Source: a bacterium | GTDB taxonomy: Bacteria; Hinthialibacterota; Hinthialibacteria; Hinthialibacterales; Hinthialibacteraceae | Assembly (NCBI GenBank): GCA_041946805.1 | Contig: JBHGBC010000125.1 | Span: 1-17,840 of the forward strand | DNA: 17,840 nt | Reading direction: 5' to 3' | Shown here: positions 8,286 through 14,937 of the stretch, piece after piece | Layout of the letters: each line of letters begins with the position of its first letter | Numbering within the stretch: position 1 is the first letter of the stretch | Position numbers and translations under genes: made by a program | Notes under the pieces: model-generated | The model's input: only the letters and a program-made list of their open reading frames with translations | Database searches by the model: none | Told to the model about the DNA's origin: nothing

Positions 8286-10379
8286 ATGTATTGGATTCTG
8301 GGTTGGTTACCTTGGTTTATGGTAGGGCTTTGGATTGGAGCGCAACCGGCGGTCCTGGAAACCGCGGCGGATGACCGGGATGTAATTATCAACGAAATAC
8401 ACTATCATCCCGACTCCGACTTGGAAAAAGAGGAATATATCGAGTTGTACAACCGGGGTGGGGAACCGGTGGATCTCGGCGGATGGACGTTTTCGCAAGG
8501 CATCCAATTTGTTTTCCCGGCCCCGGCCGTCCTGCCGCCGGACGGCTACCTGCTGGTGGTGCGGGATACGTCCGCCGTAGCGGCTTTCGCTCCGGGTGTC
8601 GCTCTGCTGGGGAATTATGAAGGCGAACTCGCCAACCGGGGGGAACGGCTGACCTTGTTCAACCGGCAGGGAGACGCCGTGGATTCGGTCAAATACCAGG
8701 ACAGCCCGCCCTGGCCCACCAGCCCGGACGGCCAAGGCTCGAGCCTGGAACGCATTTCCCCCGCCGGCCCTGCTTCCGATCTCCGCAACTGGATGGCGGC
8801 GGTTCCGGCCGGCGGCGGATCCGGCAAAGCCATGACCCCGGGGCGGCGGAACAGTGTCTTTTCGCCGGTCCTGCCGCCGTATGTGGAACAAGTCACCTGG
8901 GAGCCGGCCTGGCCAAAGCCGGGGGAGACTGTGACCGTGACCGTTTCCATTTCGGATGAAATGGACGTGGACCGTGTGGATTTGACCTATCAGCCGGTGC
9001 GCTGGGACGCGCAAAATCAGGCGGAGCGGACCCTGCCCATGCAGCTCGCGGCCGGCACGCCGCGTTCGGGCTCCTGGAGTGTCACCGTGCCGGGGCAACT
9101 AGACCGCACCCTCGTGCGCTTCCGGATCGCCGCGGAGAACGCGGCCGGCGAGGAGCGGGTGTATCCGGCGCCCACCGAAGCGCGCCACACGTTGAGTTAC
9201 TTTCATTATCAGGACAGCGAAATTTCTGCAATCCCGATTGTGTTTGTGTATGATTTCGGGAATCCGGACACGCAGAACGCGTTCCGGGGCGATTCCACGT
9301 TTATCATCCGCCGGCCCGGGGCGGCGGGTTGGGAAGTGTTCGATCACATCATCATCACTCCCCGGAAGGGCGGTTACAATGTTTTTTTCCTGAACCACTA
9401 TGAATTGGAAGGCATGAGCCAGGTCAATGTGGTGTCCGAATACAAGCCGCGGTATATCCTAGCGGAATGGCTGTCTTACCAAGTGCACCGGTCAGTGGGC
9501 GTGCTGGCCGGCAACGTGGACCACTACCGGCTGATCTATAACAACCGGAACGCCGGTTATTACTTGATGTTCGAACAGCCCAACAAAACCTTCATCGAAC
9601 GGAACGGGCTGAACAACAACGGAAATCTGTATAAAATCATATATAATTTCGACCGGTCTTTGTCGGAGAGCAATATCGCGCGCCAGCATTTGAAAAAAAC
9701 CAATCTCCGCGCGGGCAACGCGGATGTCATCGATATGGTGATGACCCTCAACACCCTGCGGGGCGACGCGCAGCGCGCGTACATCGAGGCCAATCTGGCC
9801 GTGCAGGAAATCATGGATTATTTCGTGGTCTGCCAACTGACCTCGGACTGGGACGGCTATTTCAACAATCACTTTGTCTATCACGACACGGAGGGATCGG
9901 GATTGTGGTATATCTTTCCCTGGGACAAGGACAAGACCTGGGGCGATTCCGACGCCTATCGTAACATACTCCCGTATTATGATTTTTATGACATGCCCAT
10001 TTTGTTCGGCGCCAAGGGCACGCCGCGGTCGGGCCGGGACTATGGCGCCTGGTGGCGGGAACCGGGTTTCATCAGCGGCGCGTTTTTGAGCAATCCAGCG
10101 ATCCAGCAACAATACTTTCACCGCCTGGGATTCGCGGCCCAAAATGAATTGACGCCGGAACGCTGGATTCCCGTGATCGACGCCTTGGAACAGCGGCTCG
10201 AGCCGGAAGTGCGGTACAAAGCCCAAATCTCGGGAGTGAACGCGGACCGGTTGCTCGCCGAGTTCCGCACGGATATTGAATCCTTCCGCCGCCAGGTGAT
10301 CAACCGGCGGCAATTCATCCTGGACGAAGTGGAAAAACAAATCGGCCCGGTGCGCGTGGACGGTTGGCTGGCCTACTGA
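8286..10379 (+). CDS. Secreted lamin-tail-domain plus Ig-like plus CotH kinase-family protein
   Basis: LTD motif VIINEIHYHP...EYIELYNRG..VDLGGW and WPTSPDGQGSSLE..TPGRRNS. CotH-like motifs GYYLMFEQ, GNLYK, DWDGYFNNHFVY and FPWDKDKTWG. ATG at 8286 has an AGAGGA RBS and starts a hydrophobic leader; the 8046 start runs through a REP and is spurious. Confidence 0.85.
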   Translation: MYWILGWLPWFMVGLWIGAQPAVLETAADDRDVIINEIHYHPDSDLEKEEYIELYNRGGEPVDLGGWTFSQGIQFVFPAPAVLPPDGYLLVVRDTSAVAAFAPGVALLGNYEGELANRGERLTLFNRQGDAVDSVKYQDSPPWPTSPDGQGSSLERISPAGPASDLRNWMAAVPAGGGSGKAMTPGRRNSVFSPVLPPYVEQVTWEPAWPKPGETVTVTVSISDEMDVDRVDLTYQPVRWDAQNQAERTLPMQLAAGTPRSGSWSVTVPGQLDRTLVRFRIAAENAAGEERVYPAPTEARHTLSYFHYQDSEISAIPIVFVYDFGNPDTQNAFRGDSTFIIRRPGAAGWEVFDHIIITPRKGGYNVFFLNHYELEGMSQVNVVSEYKPRYILAEWLSYQVHRSVGVLAGNVDHYRLIYNNRNAGYYLMFEQPNKTFIERNGLNNNGNLYKIIYNFDRSLSESNIARQHLKKTNLRAGNADVIDMVMTLNTLRGDAQRAYIEANLAVQEIMDYFVVCQLTSDWDGYFNNHFVYHDTEGSGLWYIFPWDKDKTWGDSDAYRNILPYYDFYDMPILFGAKGTPRSGRDYGAWWREPGFISGAFLSNPAIQQQYFHRLGFAAQNELTPERWIPVIDALEQRLEPEVRYKAQISGVNADRLLAEFRTDIESFRRQVINRRQFILDEVEKQIGPVRVDGWLAY

Positions 10380-10445
10380 CCGCGCCCGGCGGGGTGATCC
10401 TTCCATTGCTGCCATTGTCCAGGCCAGATAGTTTCCGTTTTGCCG

Positions 10446-10601
10446 TGACCGTCAAGTGCATCCTTTTTATGACTGGCCGGCCGACTGACATCGGGTGGTG
10501 TGAATCGATGAAGACCCATCCGATAATCCCCCGGCCTTCCGAGGAAGGGTCAGGCCGCGGGACTATTTTATCGTGGCGGACCTGGATGTCCGCCCAATCC
10601 C
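10446..10601 (-). repeat. Degenerate inverted copy of the composite intergenic repeat
   Basis: Reverse complement reads gggattgggcggacatccaggtccgccacgataaaata...cttcatcgattca...cgatg...aaaaaggatgcacttgacgg, collinear with the copies at 10841-11043 and 12156-12372. Confidence 0.7.
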
Positions 10602-10840
10602 TCGAGGAGATGGATTGCCGATTCATCATGCGATCCGTGCTGGCCGGTGGAATCCCCATCATGGCGGATCATCCGATCTGTGCGTAGCTTGTTCCGGGCG
10701 CGCGGCCGGACCTCGATTCGGCGGGTGGGAGAGAGCCCTCTGAAATCCCTTCCCCCTCGGGGATAGGACCAGGGTGAGGGAAAGCCATTCCGCGGCGCCG
10801 ATCCCTCGGCGGTTTCCATGCGCTGGAGGGAAGTAAATTA

Positions 10841-11043
10841 TGGTTCATCCGGGAATGGTGTACATCCAAAAATCGATTCCCTTCACTCCGGGATGAGGGC
10901 GGACGCCAAGGTCCGCCCCAACAAAATACCCTCACCCTGGCCCGCTCCCAGAGGGAGAGGGAATTTTTGGGGGTGATTTTCATCGATCATTTCGAAGCGA
11001 TGCGCACCGGCGATCGGAAAAAAAGTACACACTTGCCGGATGA
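10841..11043 (+). repeat. Composite intergenic repeat, left direct copy
   Basis: Core 10869-11024 aligns with 12189-12342 at roughly 85-90% identity by eye. Contains a GGGCGGAC..GTCCGCCC hairpin, a CCCTCACCCTGGCCC..CTCCC..GGGAGAGGG hairpin and the tail gtgattttcatcgatcatttcgaag. Confidence 0.9.
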
Positions 11044-11367
11044 GCCATAATTATTGTCCTTCGCCGCAGAGTCAGGGGATTTTTCCTCATCCTGCCCTTC
11101 CGGTTTCCGGTGTTCGTATCACTTCCTTTTCCGTTGGGCGGGATTCAACCCGCGGAATGGCGGGCCCGGCCGCTTCGGATTCCCCTGGCATGGCGTTATG
11201 GGGCGAGGGAAAAACGGTTAGAAACGGAGGGGGGATTTGGCCTTGAAACTTGAATAATACTTTGTGTAATATCAACTCCGTATTCCTGATAACTTGACCA
11301 AAATGGTAGGGAAAGGAGTACTTTCACCGGAAATGCATTCACGAGCCATTGAAAATGATGAAAAAAC

Positions 11368-11408
11368 TGGACAAATGCTATGGACAAATAATAATTCATG
11401 TTTATAAT
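11368..11408 (+). promoter_or_regulatory. Putative sigma70-type promoter with an overlapping tandem direct repeat
   Basis: TGGACA (11381-11386), 16 nt, TATAAT (11403-11408) in an AT-rich stretch. TGGACAAAT occurs at 11368-11376 and 11381-11389. Confidence 0.5.
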
Positions 11409-11460
11409 CCTACCCTGAATATCAATCACATGCTTATCATAATAATGGAGAAAGGAAAAG

Positions 11461-11904
11461 GTGGATAACATGGCTGCGAAACCGAGTGCTGAAAACATTC
11501 TCAAGTTCTACACCCTGGAGGACCTGCTGGGCCTGGTGAGGGAGAAGGCCGCCCTGGAGGCGGAGGAGCGTTTGTCCGAGGCCAAGAGACATCTCAGCGA
11601 AGCGTTGAATGTGGTGGGCGGCAGCCTGAAAGCCAAGAGCGTGGAACCCCGGGAAATGGAAGAGCGGAAACCCGTGGAACGCAAACCGCGCGGCCCGCGC
11701 AAGAAGGCGTCGTTGGGCAAGTTGATCCAGCAGGTGGTCGGTCCTCAACCCATGGGCATCGAGGAAATCCTGCAAGGGCTGACCGCGATCGGCTACAAGA
11801 GCAAATCGAAGGATCCGCGCCGGGTGCTGTATTTGGAACTCAAAAAGCAGGTGGAAAGCAACAATATCAAAAAAATCGGCCGGGGCATGTATGCCAGCAA
11901 ATAA
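11461..11904 (+). CDS. Small basic putative DNA-binding / nucleoid-associated protein: N-terminal coiled coil, Lys/Arg linker, C-terminal winged-helix-like domain
   Basis: Strong purine-rich RBS (GGAGAAAGGAAAAG); start is GTG 11461 or ATG 11470; codon usage matches neighbouring genes. Linker ERKPVERKPRGPRKK. C-terminus LGKLIQQVVGPQPMGIEEILQGL...LYLELKK...IKKIGRGMY resembles a winged helix. Confidence 0.75.
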   Translation: MDNMAAKPSAENILKFYTLEDLLGLVREKAALEAEERLSEAKRHLSEALNVVGGSLKAKSVEPREMEERKPVERKPRGPRKKASLGKLIQQVVGPQPMGIEEILQGLTAIGYKSKSKDPRRVLYLELKKQVESNNIKKIGRGMYASK

Positions 11905-11930
11905 AGGCTGTGCGGGAAACGACAGGGGAA

Positions 11931-11988
11931 TCCCCGTGCCTGCGCGTCGGTAGGCTGGGCCGGGATATTGACAGCGGCGGCACGGGGA
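11931..11988 (+). other. Long imperfect RNA hairpin in the 3' flank of the DNA-binding protein gene
   Basis: TCCCCGTGCC (11931-11940) pairs with GGCACGGGGA (11979-11988). Inner GTCGGTA (11946-11952) pairs with TATTGAC (11966-11972) using two G-U pairs. Confidence 0.5.
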
Positions 11989-12155
11989 AGCGAATCCCAT
12001 GCCATCGAGATAAGCCATCGTCCCTTTGAAAAACCGGGAAGCGCTCTCTTCCGGGAGAAGGGGAGGGTGAGGCGGGGCCTTTCCGCGGACTCCCCTCACC
12101 CCGGCCTCCGCCCCAGGGAAGGGAAGCCAAAGACAAGACGAAGGGGAGTTTTGAC

Positions 12156-12372
12156 TGGTTCATCCGAGAAGTGCGTACATAAAGAGGTAAAATCGATTTC
12201 ATTCACTTCGGGATGAGGGCGGACACCCAGGTCCGCCCCGACAAAAATTCCCTCACCCTGGCCCTCTCCCAGAGGGAGAGGGAATGGCGGGTGATTTTCA
12301 TCGATCATTTCGAAGAGATGCAAACCGGCGATCTGAAAAAAACTGAAAAAAAAATACGCATGTGCCGGCTGA
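12156..12372 (+). repeat. Composite intergenic repeat, right direct copy
   Basis: tggttcatccg...aaaatcgatt..ttcact.cgggatgagggcggac...ccctcaccctggccctctcccagagggagagggaat...gtgattttcatcgatcatttcgaag..atgc..accggcgatc.gaaaaaaa matches 10841-11043. Confidence 0.9.
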
Positions 12373-12513
12373 CCCTTTTTTCTTTACTTTCAAGGAAAAA
12401 ACCACCCGAAGGGGGCTTAACTTGATGACGCGGGAGAGGCAGGCGGCTTCCCTTACTTCCGCCCGGTGTTCATCCGGGCGGAAGCCGCACCGGCCGGAGA
12501 GGTATGAAATCCA

Positions 12514-12541
12514 CTGACAACGGCGGCGGTTCCGGTATAAT
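12514..12541 (+). promoter_or_regulatory. Putative sigma70-type promoter upstream of fliG
   Basis: CTGACA (12514-12519), 16 nt, TATAAT (12536-12541). A GC hairpin cttccgcccgg..ccgggcggaag precedes it (12456-12484). Confidence 0.5.
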
Positions 12542-12715
12542 AGTCCACGAAGAGGCGGATCTTTATTTTTTGAATCGTGGAAGGGGATGGCTTTAGCCGC
12601 CGCGGTATCCCGGCCGCCGAGTCCGAAAGGGCGGCTGCCGGTTCAACCGCACCGCGGAACCGGTTTCTGGTCACCGGTTACCGATTCTAGCCTACGCCCG
12701 GGCGGGCCTGTGATC

Positions 12716-13738
12716 ATGGTACGAGGGACTAAAGAGAAACCCAAACTGAGCGGGAGGAAAAAAGCGGCGATCCTGATGATCACCCTCGGTCCGGACATCG
12801 CCGCCGACGTCTACCGTTGCCTCACCGATGACGAGATCGAGCAGATCACGCTCGAAGTCGCCAATATCGGCACCGTACCCCAGGAAATGACCGCGCAGGT
12901 CATCGAGGAATTCTATCATACCGCCATGGCGAAGCAGTACATTTCGTCGGGCGGCATCTCCACGGCGCGGGAAATATTGGAAAAAGCCCTGGGTCCGGGG
13001 AAGGCCATGGAGATCATCGAACGTCTCCAAGGGATGCTGCAAGGCACGCCGTTCGATTTCCTCAAGAAAGTCGATCCCAACCACCTCCTCAATTTCATCC
13101 AGAGCGAACACCCGCAGACCGTGGCGCTCATCCTGGCCCACCTCGAGTACGATCAGTCCGCCGTGATCATGTCGGCCCTCCCGCCCGAAATGCAGACCGA
13201 GGTCGCGCTGCGCATCGCCACCATGGACCAGACCTCGCCCGAGATCATCTCGGAAGTGGAACGGGTGCTGGAACGCAAGATCGCCACCGTCCTGTCGCAG
13301 GAATTCTCGGTGGCGGGCGGCATCGAGGCGCTGGCCGAGCTGCTCAACCGCGTGGACCGCGCCACGGAAAAATCCATCCTGGAAACCTTGGAAGAGGAAA
13401 ACCAGGAGCTGGCGGTCGAAATCAAAAAACTCATGTTTACTTTCGACGATGTGGTGCTGCTCGACGACCGCGCCATTCAACAAGTGCTGCGCGAAGTGGA
13501 CATGAAGGAACTGGCCATCGCCCTGAAAGGCGCCACCGAGGAAGTCAAGACCAAGGTCTTCAGCAACGTCTCCTCCCGCGCCGCCGACAACATCCGCGAA
13601 GACATGGAATTCATGGGCCCCGTGCGCGTCAAACAGGTGGAGGAAGCCCAGCAGAAAATCGTGGCTATCATCCGCCGGCTCGAGGAATCGGGCGAGATCA
13701 TCATCAACCGGGGCGGGGAAGACCAGATGGTCGGCTGA
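12716..13738 (+). CDS. fliG: Flagellar motor switch protein FliG
   Basis: LSGRKKAAILMITLG, EHPQTVALILAHL, AGGIE (Gly-Gly linker), MFTFDD, LAIALKGA and SSRAADNIREDMEFMGPVR..VEEAQQKIV. ATG at 12716 gives a typical ~340 aa length; the track start at 12587 is overextended. Confidence 0.97.
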   Translation: MVRGTKEKPKLSGRKKAAILMITLGPDIAADVYRCLTDDEIEQITLEVANIGTVPQEMTAQVIEEFYHTAMAKQYISSGGISTAREILEKALGPGKAMEIIERLQGMLQGTPFDFLKKVDPNHLLNFIQSEHPQTVALILAHLEYDQSAVIMSALPPEMQTEVALRIATMDQTSPEIISEVERVLERKIATVLSQEFSVAGGIEALAELLNRVDRATEKSILETLEEENQELAVEIKKLMFTFDDVVLLDDRAIQQVLREVDMKELAIALKGATEEVKTKVFSNVSSRAADNIREDMEFMGPVRVKQVEEAQQKIVAIIRRLEESGEIIINRGGEDQMVG

Positions 13739-13956
13739 GCGGGACGCGGATTTTTCCCCTTTCTAATGTACGTCCGTATCGGATGATGCAAAAATATCAT
13801 CCCCTCCTTGCCGGCCTAGCCGCGGCGCCGCGTTTCCCGATATGCTTCGGTGGCGGGATTCCTTCCCGGAACGATTCTGTCTCTCTGGATTGCGCGGCTC
13901 CGGGTCTATAATCGGGGCGAGGCGGGCATTGTTGAAACTTCATCCCAGGAAAGGCG

Positions 13957-14937
13957 ATGCAGATATTGGGCGAGAGGGTGAATTTGTCGAACGCGCGGCC
14001 GGATCCGCCGGATGTCAGCATCGTGATCCCCGTCAAGGATGAGCGGGACACGCTGGTTTCCCTGTATGAAAAAATCGGGGACACATTGGGTCCGCTGGGT
14101 GAACGCTTCGAAGTCATCTTCATCGATGATGGCAGCACGGATGGCTCCTTCGAAGTGATGAGAGACCTGTATGAGAAAGATTCCCGCGTGCGGGTGCTGC
14201 GCTTCCGGGTCAATCATGGCAAATCGCCCGCCCTGGCGGCCGGTTTTGCCAACGCCCGCGGGAAGATCATTTTGACCCTCGACGCCGACTTGCAGGACGA
14301 TCCCGGTGAGATCCCCCGGCTGCTGGAAAAACTGGGCGAAGGTTACGACTTGGTCTCGGGCTGGAAGAAAGAGCGCCAGGACCCGCTGTCCAAGCGGATT
14401 TTCTCGAAGATCTTCAACCGGGTGGTGGCGATGGCCAGCGGGATTCCCCTGCATGACTTCAATTGCGGCTTGAAAGGCTACCGGCGCGAAGTGTTGGACC
14501 AGGTGCAGCTCTACGGGGAGATGCACCGGTTCGTGCCGGTGATCGCGGGATGGTACGGATTCCGCATCGCCGAGGTGATCGTGACTCACCACAAGCGCCG
14601 CGCGGGCGTCAGCAAGTTCGGCAACGAGCGGATCGTGCGGGGGCTGCTGGATTTCGGCACGGTGATGTTTTTCACCCGCTATGTGCAGCGCCCGTCGCAC
14701 TTGTTCGGACGCATCGGCCTGGGAATCGGATGCGGGGGATTCCTGTTGCTGCTGTTGAGTATCATCGCGCTCTTCGCGGGCTGGCTGATGACCGGCGTGG
14801 TGTTGTCCATCTTGAGTCTCTTTTCGCTGTTGACCGGATTCCATTCGTTCTTCCTCGGCCTGGTGGCGGAAATGCTGACCTTTTTGCACCGGCGGGAAGA
14901 ACCATTCTTCTTTATCAATGAGCGGCTGGAGCGGTGA
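13957..14937 (+). CDS. Polyprenol-phosphate glycosyltransferase, GT2 family (ArnC/GtrB/DPM-like)
   Basis: SIVIPVKDE, FIDDGSTDGS, NHGKSPALAAG, TLDADLQDDP, DLVSGWK, HDFNCGLKGYR and LYGEMHRFVP, with two C-terminal transmembrane segments. Confidence 0.93.
   Translation: MQILGERVNLSNARPDPPDVSIVIPVKDERDTLVSLYEKIGDTLGPLGERFEVIFIDDGSTDGSFEVMRDLYEKDSRVRVLRFRVNHGKSPALAAGFANARGKIILTLDADLQDDPGEIPRLLEKLGEGYDLVSGWKKERQDPLSKRIFSKIFNRVVAMASGIPLHDFNCGLKGYRREVLDQVQLYGEMHRFVPVIAGWYGFRIAEVIVTHHKRRAGVSKFGNERIVRGLLDFGTVMFFTRYVQRPSHLFGRIGLGIGCGGFLLLLLSIIALFAGWLMTGVVLSILSLFSLLTGFHSFFLGLVAEMLTFLHRREEPFFFINERLER

Noticed and set aside
10315..10983. ORFs of 83-115 aa between the CotH gene and the repeats (also 11968-12425)
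   Set aside because: They translate REP/composite repeat sequence (for example LSLWERARVR, VGADLGVRP) and lack an RBS or coding-like composition.
11196..11504. Minus-strand 102-aa hydrophobic ORF over the AT-rich tract
   Set aside because: Its composition reflects AT-rich promoter DNA, and it overlaps the RBS and start of the well-supported plus-strand gene.
12692..14889. Minus-strand ORFs 12692-13483 and 13906-14889
   Set aside because: Antisense shadows of fliG and the GT2 gene.
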